From a virus (taxonomy: Duplodnaviria > Heunggongvirae > Uroviricota > Caudoviricetes), in the IMG/VR virus record IMGVR_UViG_2721755728_000002: a DNA stretch of 55,396 bases; one strand, 5' to 3'. The position numbers and the translations under genes are program-made. Positions 9,098 through 19,230 of this stretch are shown here, piece after piece (within the stretch, counting starts at the first letter, position 1; every line of letters begins with the position of its first letter). The notes beneath the pieces were generated by a model. It did no database searches and was not told the DNA's origin. It was given only the letters and a program-made list of their open reading frames with translations.

Positions 9098-9868
9098 ATG
9101 GAAACCGTATTTGACGCACTGAAAGCACTGAAAAGAGCCTCTTCACAGGTAGTGGCGGCCAGCCTTGGAATCAGTCGTGAAGAGGCTGTCAACGAGCTGT
9201 GGGAACTCAAAAGAAATGGCGTCGTTGATAAAACTGGTCACACCTGGTTTCTGGCTGGCGAAGGTGAATCCCGGGTAACCGAAGAGCGGCCAGTAAAATC
9301 TGAAGCACAGGATATGCTGACCGGGGAGGTCGAACAAAAAGTTACCGCAGACATGATGATTGAGTTTATCGGTCAGGATGGGGCTAAAACGTGTGAGGAA
9401 CTGGCGGGTAAGTTCGGTGTCAGTACTCGCAAGGTTGCTTCCACGCTGGCGGTGGTAACCGCAACGGGGCGGCTGGCACGCGTTAATCAGAACGGTAAAT
9501 TTCGTTACTGCATGCCGGGCGATAATTTACCAGCAGAGCCGAAAGCCGCGCTGGTAACGGAAAGTGATGGTAAGGCCTTTCCTCAGCCAGCAGGTGCTGC
9601 GTTACCAGTCCGGGAAGCCGCAACACAGGAAGAAATTAAAACAGAAACTGTGGCGGACATTGTGCAGCCGTTGCCATCGTTTACCGAAACGCAAGCAGAT
9701 GAGCTGATTTTTCCGTCCCTTCGCAGGGCAAACCTGGCGCTGCGCAGGGCGAAAAGTGATGTTCAGAAGTGGGAGCGAGTCTGCGCCGCGCTGCGGGAGC
9801 TGAACAAGCACCGGGATATTGTTCGACAGATTACTGATTCTTCCCGCCGTGTTGTATCGGAAAAGTGA
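9098..9868 (+). CDS. Hypothetical phage protein (DUF1627-like)
   Basis: ORF with GGAGGA RBS 7 nt before ATG 9098 (track start 9080 is TTG). Confidence 0.5.
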   Translation: METVFDALKALKRASSQVVAASLGISREEAVNELWELKRNGVVDKTGHTWFLAGEGESRVTEERPVKSEAQDMLTGEVEQKVTADMMIEFIGQDGAKTCEELAGKFGVSTRKVASTLAVVTATGRLARVNQNGKFRYCMPGDNLPAEPKAALVTESDGKAFPQPAGAALPVREAATQEEIKTETVADIVQPLPSFTETQADELIFPSLRRANLALRRAKSDVQKWERVCAALRELNKHRDIVRQITDSSRRVVSEK

Positions 9869-9883
9869 TTGCCGGAGGCGCTT

Positions 9884-10306
9884 ATGGCAAAAGTATTTAC
9901 ACAAGAAGAGCGGGAAAAAATTAAAGGGCAGGTTGTTGAACTAGTACGCCGGAGTGGGCGCGAGACGTTACGGCAACTGGAAGCCAAGACAGGTGCGACA
10001 AGATATCTGATGAGCGTTCTCGCCAGAGAGCTGGTTGCCAGTGGCGATGTATACAACTCTGGTTACGGGTTATTCCCGTCTGAACAGGCTCGTAAGGACT
10101 GGCAAAATGCCCGCAAAAAACTATCTAGGGCAAAGGTGAAGAAACCATCTGTGGTTGATCCGGATCTTATCTGGTCATTACCAGACGGAGAAATACGCCG
10201 CTACGACAGGCGTCTGAACATAATCTGTAGCGAGTGCCGGAAGAGCGAAGCTATGCAGCGTGTACTGGCTTTCTATCAGGGTAATTTTCAGAAGGTGCTG
10301 TTGTGA
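9884..10306 (+). CDS. Hypothetical phage protein
   Basis: ORF with GGAGG RBS before ATG 9884 (track start 9869 is TTG). Confidence 0.5.
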   Translation: MAKVFTQEEREKIKGQVVELVRRSGRETLRQLEAKTGATRYLMSVLARELVASGDVYNSGYGLFPSEQARKDWQNARKKLSRAKVKKPSVVDPDLIWSLPDGEIRRYDRRLNIICSECRKSEAMQRVLAFYQGNFQKVLL

Positions 10307-10316
10307 GCCAAATTAA

Positions 10317-11511
<1,195 letters not shown>

Positions 11512-11610
11512 TTAACAATCGGAACTTCGTGAAGAGAAAGAATAATCCAAATCTGAATAATTAAGTTCAGCACTGTAAATAAAATTTAATCCTTAACTGG
11601 AGGTATATTT

Positions 11611-11823
11611 ATGTTAAATACACAGAAAGCCATTAATGCGGAAAAATATAACGAGTGGGCAAGAAAATTCTCTGAGCAGATTTTTAAAATTACTGGCGAT
11701 GAGAATGTGGCAAAAAATGAATTAGAACCGTGGACACCTGAAGGAAACGCACCAAATTATTGCTGGTGGGAGGTTGATCCGGTTGATGCTGCAAATGAAG
11801 CCATGAGTTACCACAACGATTAA
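11611..11823 (+). CDS. Hypothetical small protein (AT-rich gene)
   Basis: 70 aa, GGAGG RBS; AT-rich. Confidence 0.5.
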   Translation: MLNTQKAINAEKYNEWARKFSEQIFKITGDENVAKNELEPWTPEGNAPNYCWWEVDPVDAANEAMSYHND

Positions 11824-11855
11824 TGTCGGGAGGCCGCCCGAAAGGGCGGTAAGAA

Positions 11856-12074
11856 ATGACTACATTATTCAGAAAAGAATATCCGCAAAAAAGTAGGGCG
11901 ACAGAATTTTTGTTTCTCATTCTGTTTATCGTATTGATGATACCGATATCCCCTCTAATTTTTGTCTGGGCAATCGGGAAAATAATTGAGCCAGTTACTG
12001 AATTGTATACCGACGTTGTATGGGCGTCGTTCAACACACTGCACAATAAAATTAATCCGTATAAGGAAAACTGA
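11856..12074 (+). CDS. Small membrane protein
   Basis: 72 aa with a long hydrophobic stretch (FLFLILFIVLMIPISPLIFVWAIG). Confidence 0.5.
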   Translation: MTTLFRKEYPQKSRATEFLFLILFIVLMIPISPLIFVWAIGKIIEPVTELYTDVVWASFNTLHNKINPYKEN

Positions 12075-12075
12075 T

Positions 12076-12339
12076 ATGGCAACTTTGACAAAAAAAGAAC
12101 GGGCATGGTTAAACGAATTACAGGAAGTTCTTGATCGCTGTCCATCACCGAAAAAAATTGGCTTTTACACCATTGGCGATAAAAGCATTTACCTGTATGA
12201 CCTACGCCGCATGGATGAAATCATGGAGGCTCTTGATAATCGTTCGTCGATGGATTGGTGTGTTGCTGTTCATGATATGAATGCAGGGTTTGATGAAAAG
12301 ATTTTGTTCCCCTCATCAGTTGAAAGCACTGCGGGTTAA
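12076..12339 (+). CDS. Hypothetical small protein
   Basis: 87 aa from MATLTKKERAWLNEL; ATG 2 nt after the upstream stop. Confidence 0.5.
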   Translation: MATLTKKERAWLNELQEVLDRCPSPKKIGFYTIGDKSIYLYDLRRMDEIMEALDNRSSMDWCVAVHDMNAGFDEKILFPSSVESTAG

Positions 12340-12349
12340 GGAGTAACAC

Positions 12350-13219
12350 ATGACCACTATTACCAAAGAACGTATTGAATTGTTCATTAAAAATCCGGTT
12401 GAAAACGGGCTTACCCGTGGTGAACAAATGGAACTGGCACGGATTGCGCTGGCATCGCTGGAAGCAGAGCCGGTGGCAAAGATTATAGCTCATTACCCAT
12501 TAGGGGTTGACGTAGGCAAACAAAAATTCGTACAGGCCATTAGAGAGCTTCCTGACTTTGGCGGATATCTATTTGCCGCCCCTCCAGCGCCGATAGTGCC
12601 GGAAGAAATGTATTGGCAGGATGCGCCAGTTGAAGGCAGCAGCAAAGCGGCTGCATACGCTACAGGCTGGAACGATTGCCGCGAAGCCATGCTTCAGTCC
12701 GGAAACTTTCGGGAAAATAAAGATTCGTCAACCAATAATTTTCGGAAAATCCCGGAAGCGTCAACCAGCTCTCCGGTAACTCCGGCTCTTCTGCCTGGTG
12801 GTTTCACCATTGAGGAGGCGAAGGAATTACATGAAGACCTGGTACGCAGCCACATAAGCAAGGCCTTAAGTGGCGAAAAGATGAAAAAGAAAGATCGCGA
12901 TGCTGATTTGCGCTGGATTCATGGCGTTATAGTTCAGGCAGCGTGGTTTGTAAAAGCATCACTGGAGCAGAATGCACTATCGGGCAACTATCCGGTAACT
13001 CCGGATAGTTGGATAAGCTGTAGTGAGCGAATGCCGGATACCAAAACAGCCGTTCTTGTTGCCGTGGAGTTTGACAGGAAAGGTGACTGGCGAATGAAAT
13101 GGGCGACTTACATCCCGGGTCATCCTGACGCTAATGATGGGTGGATAATTCCTGGTGCGTCGTGGAAACCGTCACACTGGATGCCGCTACCAGAACCGCC
13201 GCAGGAGGTGCGCCAATGA
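12350..13219 (+). CDS. Hypothetical phage protein with DUF551-like C-terminus
   Basis: 289 aa; GGAG RBS. Confidence 0.55.
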   Translation: MTTITKERIELFIKNPVENGLTRGEQMELARIALASLEAEPVAKIIAHYPLGVDVGKQKFVQAIRELPDFGGYLFAAPPAPIVPEEMYWQDAPVEGSSKAAAYATGWNDCREAMLQSGNFRENKDSSTNNFRKIPEASTSSPVTPALLPGGFTIEEAKELHEDLVRSHISKALSGEKMKKKDRDADLRWIHGVIVQAAWFVKASLEQNALSGNYPVTPDSWISCSERMPDTKTAVLVAVEFDRKGDWRMKWATYIPGHPDANDGWIIPGASWKPSHWMPLPEPPQEVRQ

Positions 13220-13299
13220 ACTGGCCTGAAGCATTTGCAATTACAGGCGTTGCTATGGCTATCGCTTTTTTAGTATATGTTATTTGTCGGTGGGGGTAA
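13216..13299 (+). CDS. Very small hydrophobic peptide
   Basis: 27 aa; ATGA overlap with upstream stop. Confidence 0.3.
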   Translation: MNWPEAFAITGVAMAIAFLVYVICRWG

Positions 13300-13334
13300 A
13301 AACGTTCGCCGGGATTAACACCAAAGGAGGGAAT

Positions 13335-13439
13335 ATGTCGGATGATATATCACTGGCAATGGAAGGTGCGCTGGCTGTTGTTGCTGTTGTGGGCGTTTAC
13401 TGCCTGGTTGTGTTTTTGATGGATCGACTAGGGAACTGA
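13335..13439 (+). CDS. Small membrane peptide
   Basis: 34 aa (ALAVVAVVGVYCLVVFLM); AGGAGGG RBS. Confidence 0.3.
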   Translation: MSDDISLAMEGALAVVAVVGVYCLVVFLMDRLGN

Positions 13440-13685
13440 ATTCATTACGATATGGGAATTCCCATATCGGGTAAAAACGGTTTGCGGGAAAAGGAGAGTT
13501 AAGTAGAATTGCTGCGGGTGCTTGAGGCTATCTGTCTCAGGCATGAACACCAAAAGGCAGATAGAGAAAAGCCCCAGTTAACATTACGCGTCCTGCAAGA
13601 CGCTTAACATTAATCTGAGGCCCAATCTATGTCTCACAAATGTAGGTTAGCCTCTTACGTGCCGAAAGGCAAGGAGAAGCAGGCT

Positions 13686-13841
13686 ATGAAGCAGCAAAAG
13701 GCGATGTTAATCGCCCTGATCGTCATCTGTTTAACCGTCATAGTGACGGCACTGGTAACGAGGAAAGACCTCTGCGAGGTACGAATCCGAACCGGCCAGA
13801 CGGAGGTCGCTGTCTTCACAGCTTACGAACCTGAGGAATAA
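13686..13841 (+). CDS. hok: Hok/Gef-family type I toxin
   Basis: 51 aa MKQQKAMLIALIVICLTVIVTALVTRKDLCEVRIRTGQTEVAVFTAYEPEE; typical Hok membrane peptide; in-frame upstream extension from 13629. Confidence 0.8.
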   Translation: MKQQKAMLIALIVICLTVIVTALVTRKDLCEVRIRTGQTEVAVFTAYEPEE

Positions 13842-13910
13842 GAGACCCGGCGGGGGAGAAATCCCTCGCCACCGCTGATGTGTCAGGCATCCTCAACGCA
13901 CCCGCACTTA

Positions 13911-13937
13911 ACCCGCTTCGGCGGGTTTTGTTTTTTC
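13911..13937 (+). terminator. Rho-independent terminator downstream of hok
   Basis: cccgc-ttcg-gcggg hairpin followed by ttttgtttttt. Confidence 0.5.
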
Positions 13938-14008
13938 TGGTCGTTCTGGTTTACAATCCATCCGTCAGCCTGAACAACTGGCACCTGCTGCGCCAGCAGA
14001 GAAAACAG

Positions 14009-14287
14009 ATGGCGCACGATACCAAATTTTACAATTCGGATAACTCTGCCGCCCCTGCCAGCAGGCACGGGCGGCGTTCCCGCACTTTCAAATCTGACTG
14101 GTTCCAGCATCCCCCATGCACTGAAGAACAGGCCGAGTGGCTAATTCAGTGCTACCGCAGACACGGATACGAGATTAAGAAAGCCCTCAGCCTCGATTAT
14201 CGTCACTGGATAATCTCCGTCAGGCTTCCTTACTCCGAACGACCACCGCGTCCGTCCCGCACATTCCAGCAACGCATCTGGAGGTAA
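14009..14287 (+). CDS. Hypothetical protein
   Basis: 92 aa from MAHDTKFYN; the longer GTG-started ORF from 13880 would span the terminator. Confidence 0.4.
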   Translation: MAHDTKFYNSDNSAAPASRHGRRSRTFKSDWFQHPPCTEEQAEWLIQCYRRHGYEIKKALSLDYRHWIISVRLPYSERPPRPSRTFQQRIWR

Positions 14288-14288
14288 C

Positions 14289-15344
14289 GTGCGGGTATTA
14301 CTTCGACCTGTTCTGGTACCGGAACTCGGGCTGGTGATCGTTAAGCCGGGCCGTGAATCCATGCCGGTATTCCACAATACCCGGGTACTGGTGGAGCCGG
14401 AACCGAAAAGCATGCGTAATCTGCCGTCCGGGGTCGTTCCTGCCGTTCGCCAGCCGCTGGCGGAGGATAAATCATTACTGCCATTTTTCAGCGACGAACG
14501 AGTGATTCGTGCTGCTGGTGGCGCTGGCGCATTGTCTGACTGGTTACTGCGCCATGTTAAATCCTGCCAGTGGCCACACGGTGATTATCACCACAGTGAA
14601 ACCGTCATTCACCGTTATGGTACCGGCGCAATGGTGTTGTGCTGGCACTGCGACAACCAGCTGCGCGACCAGACCTCCGAATCACTCGGGCAACTTGCTC
14701 ACCAAAACCTGTCTGCATGGATGATTGACGTCATACGCCATGCAATGAATGGCTCGCAGGAACGGGAATTATCGCTGGCTGAATTATCCTGGTGGGCGGT
14801 CCGCAATCAGGTGGCGGACGCGCTACCGGAAGCGGTATTACGTCGTTCGCTGGGGTTGCGTGCGGAAAAAATCCGCTCAATGTACCGTGAAAGCGACATC
14901 GTACCGGGAGAGCAGACCGCCACCAGCATACTGAAGCAGCGCACAAAAAATCTTGCGCCGCTGCCTCACGCCCACCAGCAAAACCCGCCACAGGAAAAGA
15001 CGGTGGTCAGCATTGCCGTTGATCCCGAGTCACCGGCTCAGTATCTCCAGCGCCAGAAATCACAACGGGAAGAGATGCCTGTATACACGCGCTGGGTAAA
15101 AACGCAGAAATGCATGACGTGTGGCAATCAGGCAGATGATCCGCATCACATCATTGGTCATGGACTGGGAGGGATGGGAACAAAGGCTGATGATTTGTTT
15201 GTTATTCCGCTGTGCCGTAAATGCCATAGCGAACTACACGCCGGGGTAAAAGATTTTGAAGAAAAACACGGCAGCCAGCTGTTGTTGCTGATTCGTTTTT
15301 TAATGCACGCGAGAAATTCGGGTGTTCTGAAGTGGAAAGCATAA
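14289..15344 (+). CDS. DUF968 (YdfU-like) protein with C-terminal HNH-like zinc-finger motif
   Basis: 351 aa; C-terminal CMTCGN...HHIIGH...CRKCH; GTG start with GGAGG RBS. Confidence 0.65.
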   Translation: MRVLLRPVLVPELGLVIVKPGRESMPVFHNTRVLVEPEPKSMRNLPSGVVPAVRQPLAEDKSLLPFFSDERVIRAAGGAGALSDWLLRHVKSCQWPHGDYHHSETVIHRYGTGAMVLCWHCDNQLRDQTSESLGQLAHQNLSAWMIDVIRHAMNGSQERELSLAELSWWAVRNQVADALPEAVLRRSLGLRAEKIRSMYRESDIVPGEQTATSILKQRTKNLAPLPHAHQQNPPQEKTVVSIAVDPESPAQYLQRQKSQREEMPVYTRWVKTQKCMTCGNQADDPHHIIGHGLGGMGTKADDLFVIPLCRKCHSELHAGVKDFEEKHGSQLLLLIRFLMHARNSGVLKWKA

Positions 15345-15710
15345 ATGACTGAACGCATAGAATTTGTTTTGCCTTACCCGCCAACGGTGAACACTTACTG
15401 GCGTCGTCGTGGCAGCACATATTTTGTATCAAAAGCCGGGGAGCGTTATCGCCGGGCAGTGGCGCTTATTGTTCGCCAGCAGCGGCTGAAATTAAGCCTG
15501 TCCGGAAGGTTGGCAATAAAAATTATTGCAGAACCACCGGATAAGCGCCGCCGTGACCTGGACAATATCCTGAAAGCACCACTGGATGCGTTGACGCATG
15601 CCGGACTTCTCATAGACGACGAGCAGTTTGATGAAATCAATATTGTGCGCGGTCAGCTCGTTCCTGGTGGGCGGCTGGGCGTGAAGATTTACAAAATTGA
15701 GAGTGAGTGA
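15345..15710 (+). CDS. rusA: Holliday junction resolvase RusA
   Basis: 121 aa, RusA family (LPYPPTVNTYW...DLDNILKAPLDAL). Confidence 0.85.
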   Translation: MTERIEFVLPYPPTVNTYWRRRGSTYFVSKAGERYRRAVALIVRQQRLKLSLSGRLAIKIIAEPPDKRRRDLDNILKAPLDALTHAGLLIDDEQFDEINIVRGQLVPGGRLGVKIYKIESE

Positions 15711-16261
15711 TCGTAAATATGATATACCCGGAAATTACAGGCAAAAGCGGCGAGCATTTACGTCTAAAAACGCTGGAAGCCGTCTGGATCCAGGGGAAAT
15801 TACGGATGTGGGGGCGTTGGTCGTATATAGGTGGTAGCAAAACAGGAAATATGTTCAATCAGTTGCTGGCATCCAAAAAACTGACAAAAACCGCAATCAA
15901 TGAAGCCCTGCGTAGAATCAGGGAGTCAGGGATTGATAAACCAGAGCTGGAAGCATTCTTGCGAGAGATGATCGCTGGCAGACAGAAGAGCTGGTTGTCT
16001 CACTGTACTGATGCAGAGGCGTTACGCATTGATGGGGTGATAAGTAAAGCGCTTGCACGTTATCCTGGATTGATTGATATCCTGCGGCAAAGATACGAAG
16101 GGCGGGGGATGAGTAAACGCAAAATGGCTGAATTGTTGAATGAGGTTCACCCTGAGTGGTGCTATGCAACATGCCGCAATCGTATAGATATGTGGCTGAG
16201 AATAGCTGAGTTTATTCTGTATCCACTGATGCGAGATGCATTTTCTTTTACTGACGCTTAG
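15707..16261 (+). CDS. Putative late-gene antiterminator (Q-like), family uncertain
   Basis: 184 aa after rusA, followed by a terminator-containing leader; assignment by position. Confidence 0.4.
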   Translation: MIVNMIYPEITGKSGEHLRLKTLEAVWIQGKLRMWGRWSYIGGSKTGNMFNQLLASKKLTKTAINEALRRIRESGIDKPELEAFLREMIAGRQKSWLSHCTDAEALRIDGVISKALARYPGLIDILRQRYEGRGMSKRKMAELLNEVHPEWCYATCRNRIDMWLRIAEFILYPLMRDAFSFTDA

Positions 16262-16426
16262 AATCTGGAGGGCGTTTGTTGTTGCACGAAGAGGATTTTT
16301 GGCTGGTAGTAAGGTTTGTGCAGTTTTAGAAAAAAAGCTTGTATTTTTAGCCATAAACTGTTTCAATCCAGCTACGCTTCGCAAAGCTGTACCGCGAGGC
16401 GAATAGCAGACATGGACACCTGAAAG

Positions 16427-16451
16427 AACCCGCTTTATGCGGGTTTTTTTA
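16427..16451 (+). terminator. Rho-independent terminator (tR'-like)
   Basis: aacccgc-tttat-gcggg followed by tttttttat, in the leader downstream of the Q-like gene. Confidence 0.55.
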
Positions 16452-16573
16452 TGCCTGAAAAACGGCACAGAACATTAAACGCGCTGGTAGTTGTGAATAC
16501 TGGTCTTTCAGCTTGCTGGCTTTTTCGACAAGAGGTATTGGTATGTCACGTTAACCAGAAAAGGGAAAAAGGC

Positions 16574-16771
16574 ATGCTAAAACAGCAGGATATGACCGAA
16601 ACCGCCAGAGTGGTGTTTAATGAATTAAGCGTCACCGAACCGGCGACCGTCGGGGAAATTGCGCAGAATACTTACCTTTCACGCGAACGCTGCCAGTTAA
16701 TACTGACTCAGCTTGTTATGGCGGGTCTGGCAGATTATCAGTTCGGTTGTTACAGACGCCTTCCGCAGTGA
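16574..16771 (+). CDS. Hypothetical small protein
   Basis: 65 aa from MLKQQDMTETARVVF; purine-rich RBS. Confidence 0.35.
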   Translation: MLKQQDMTETARVVFNELSVTEPATVGEIAQNTYLSRERCQLILTQLVMAGLADYQFGCYRRLPQ

Positions 16772-16921
16772 AGGCTTTTTAATTTGTGGTAATGGGCGGC
16801 TGGTGGGTGTTAGCGGCACCTGCCAGCCATCTGCTCATGCGTTGGGGTCACAAGCAAACCTCAGGCCCATCTGCTTTGCGCAAAAGCGGCATGAGCCTAT
16901 CAGAGAAGTGCTTATTGATCT

Positions 16922-17971
16922 ATGATTAATACTGTAAAAATATCCAGTTGTGAGTTAATCAACGCTGATTGCCTGGAATTTATCCAGACCTTACCGGAAA
17001 ACTCTGTCGATCTGATAGTCACAGACCCGCCATACTTTAAAGTGAAGCCCGAGGGCTGGGATAACCAGTGGGAGGGCGACGATGATTACCTGAAATGGCT
17101 GGACCAGTGTCTGGCGCAGTTCTGGCGGGTACTGAAGCCTGCCGGAAGTCTTTACCTGTTCTGTGGTCATCGCCTGGCATCTGACACCGAAATCATGATG
17201 CGTGAGCGCTTTAATGTGCTGAACCACATTATCTGGGCGAAGCCGTCCGGACGCTGGAACGGGTGCAATAAGGAAAGTCTGCGGGCGTATTTTCCGGCAA
17301 CAGAGCGCATTCTGTTTGCAGAACATTATCAGGGACCGTATCGCCCGAAAGATGATGGCTATGTGGAGCAGGGGCGCGAGCTAAAACAGCACGTCATGGC
17401 CCCGCTGATTTCTTACTTTCGTGATGCGCGTAAATCACTGGGAATAACGTCAAAACAGATAGCGGAAGCCACCGGAAAGAAAAACATGGCTTCGCACTGG
17501 TTTGGTATCAGTCAGTGGCAGTTACCGAACGAGGGTGATTACAACAAATTGCAGGCGTTGTTTGCGCGTGTTGCGGCAGAAAAACATCAGCGCGGGGAAC
17601 TGGAAAAGCCACACCACCAGCTGGTCAGCACATACAGTGAGCTGAACCGGCAGTATACGGAACTGCTGAGTGAATATAAAAATTTGCGGCGGTATTTCGG
17701 TGTGACGGCGCAGGTTCCGTACACCGATGTCTGGACGCATAAACCGGTGCAGTACTATCCAGGGAAACATCCGTGCGAAAAACCGGCAGAAATGCTGCAG
17801 CAGATAATCAACGCGAGCAGTCGTCCGGGAGACCTGGTTGCAGATTTTTTTATGGGTTCAGGTTCAACGGTAAAAGCGGCGATGGCACTGGGGCGTTGTG
17901 CGATTGGTGTTGAGCTGGAGACCGGACGCTTTGAACAGACAGTCAGGGAAGTTCAGGATTTAATCGTTTGA
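16922..17971 (+). CDS. DNA methyltransferase (N6-adenine/N4-cytosine family, beta class)
   Basis: 349 aa; motif IV DPPY (IVTDPPYF) near N-terminus and motif I FFMGSGST near C-terminus; no adjacent restriction endonuclease. Confidence 0.85.
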   Translation: MINTVKISSCELINADCLEFIQTLPENSVDLIVTDPPYFKVKPEGWDNQWEGDDDYLKWLDQCLAQFWRVLKPAGSLYLFCGHRLASDTEIMMRERFNVLNHIIWAKPSGRWNGCNKESLRAYFPATERILFAEHYQGPYRPKDDGYVEQGRELKQHVMAPLISYFRDARKSLGITSKQIAEATGKKNMASHWFGISQWQLPNEGDYNKLQALFARVAAEKHQRGELEKPHHQLVSTYSELNRQYTELLSEYKNLRRYFGVTAQVPYTDVWTHKPVQYYPGKHPCEKPAEMLQQIINASSRPGDLVADFFMGSGSTVKAAMALGRCAIGVELETGRFEQTVREVQDLIV

Positions 17972-18020
17972 AACGGATGAGATTGCAGAATTAATTACGC
18001 ACCATTATTATTCTGCTCCC

Positions 18021-18096
18021 GGCCCTTTAGCTCAGTGGTGAGAGCGAGCGACTCATAATCGCCAGGTCGCTGGTTCAAATCCAGCAAGGGCCACCA
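18021..18096 (+). tRNA. tRNA with CAU anticodon (Ile2/ileX-like, or Met)
   Basis: 76 nt cloverleaf; acceptor stem GGCCCTT/AAGGGCC plus ACCA; anticodon loop CTCATAA; GGTTCAAATCC T-arm. Confidence 0.8.
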
Positions 18097-18196
18097 TCAC
18101 AAACCGCCATTAGCTTATCAGGAAGAGCAGACGACACCATAACAGGGTTGTTGGTGCGGGGGCGGGTCCCCGATGGCGGTCCATTATCGGTATTCT

Positions 18197-18273
18197 GCGT
18201 TGTTAGCTCAGCCGGACAGAGCAATTGCCTTCTAAGCAATCGGTCAGTGGTTCGACTCCACTACAACGCGCCA
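18197..18273 (+). tRNA. tRNA-Arg (UCU anticodon)
   Basis: 77 nt; acceptor GCGTTGT/ACAACGC plus GCCA; anticodon stem-loop ATTGC-CTTCTAA-GCAAT; GGTTCGACTCC T-arm. Confidence 0.8.
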
Positions 18274-18442
18274 CACTTATTTTCCAGGCTCGCTTCGGCG
18301 GGCCTTTTTTGTATCTGCGCCACGCCCGGCGCATATCAACCACAGAGCCTTTCGGGGGTGAGCTTACGGAGTGGTCAGTGTGACTTTCTCTGTGGGCAGA
18401 TCGCTCCCGGGCGTTGGCTCACCCACCCAAAGGAACGTCACG

Positions 18443-18874
18443 ATGTTTGGAATCTTCAAAAAGAAAACCCGCAGAGCGGCAGCGGAAATTAAAAAGTTTG
18501 AGAAACGCGATCTGGCACAGGCGGTGATTAACGCTGCATACCTGGTGGCCTATGCAGATGGTGAATGCGAGGCATCCGAGAAAGCGAAGATCGAACAGGT
18601 CTTACGTAATCAGCCTGCGTTGTCTGCGTTTACCTCGGAAATTAATGCGATTAGCGCAACTATTATCGGTCAGCTGGATACCAATTTTAAAATTGGTCGT
18701 CGTGCCGCGTTACGCGAGATTGAGGATGTGAAACACGATACGCGTGAAGCGGAAGATGTGCTGGATGTGGCGGTGGCCATTGCGGAGGCAGACGGCGAAA
18801 TTGAGCCGGAAGAGCGCAAGGTGCTGGAAGAGATTGCCGGTGTTCTGGGTCTTCGTCTGGAGAATCACCTGTGA
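18443..18874 (+). CDS. TerB-like (tellurite-resistance TerB fold) protein
   Basis: 143 aa from MFGIFKKKTRR; paired acidic helices typical of TerB; AAAGGA RBS. Confidence 0.5.
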   Translation: MFGIFKKKTRRAAAEIKKFEKRDLAQAVINAAYLVAYADGECEASEKAKIEQVLRNQPALSAFTSEINAISATIIGQLDTNFKIGRRAALREIEDVKHDTREAEDVLDVAVAIAEADGEIEPEERKVLEEIAGVLGLRLENHL

Positions 18875-19080
18875 CGGTAAAACTGCGCCTGGCTGTGGCT
18901 GCACTCCTGCTGTTTCTGGTGGTGATGGTGGATTTCACCAGCAGAATCATGTCGGTGCTGGCGGATGGGGTGCTGGTCTGCGGCATTGTGGTATTGCTGT
19001 GGCCGGTGATAAAAAGAAACAGCCTGCATAATGCTTGGTTTTTTTGTTTGCTGTTTATTAAAAACACTTCTGCATGGTGA
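18871..19080 (+). CDS. Small membrane protein coupled to the TerB-like gene
   Basis: 69 aa, two hydrophobic helices; GTGA start/stop overlap. Confidence 0.45.
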   Translation: MTVKLRLAVAALLLFLVVMVDFTSRIMSVLADGVLVCGIVVLLWPVIKRNSLHNAWFFCLLFIKNTSAW

Positions 19081-19205
19081 ATCCCCCTGTGCGGAGGGGC
19101 GATCAGCAACCAGGTATATGGGATAATCGCGGATTTAGGTGCTGATACTGAATTCACCGGGAGGCACCCGGCACCATACAAGAAAAAGAATGTGCATGCA
19201 AACAT

Positions 19206-19230
19206 GCCCCTCTCCGGAGGGGCTTTTTTA
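19206..19230 (+). terminator. Rho-independent terminator
   Basis: gcccctc-tccg-gaggggc followed by ttttttat. Confidence 0.55.

Noticed and set aside
13880-14008. GTG-started N-terminal extension of the ORF ending at 14287
   Set aside because: The extension would read through the terminator hairpin at 13911-13937; the ATG at 14009 is preferred.
18097-18196. Possible third tRNA between the two tRNA genes, as in phages carrying three tRNAs
   Set aside because: No acceptor stem or T-arm consensus could be folded from the sequence; treated as spacer.
18148-18492. 114-aa plus-strand ORF
   Set aside because: Overlaps the tRNA-Arg gene and the leader of the TerB-like gene; no RBS; judged spurious.
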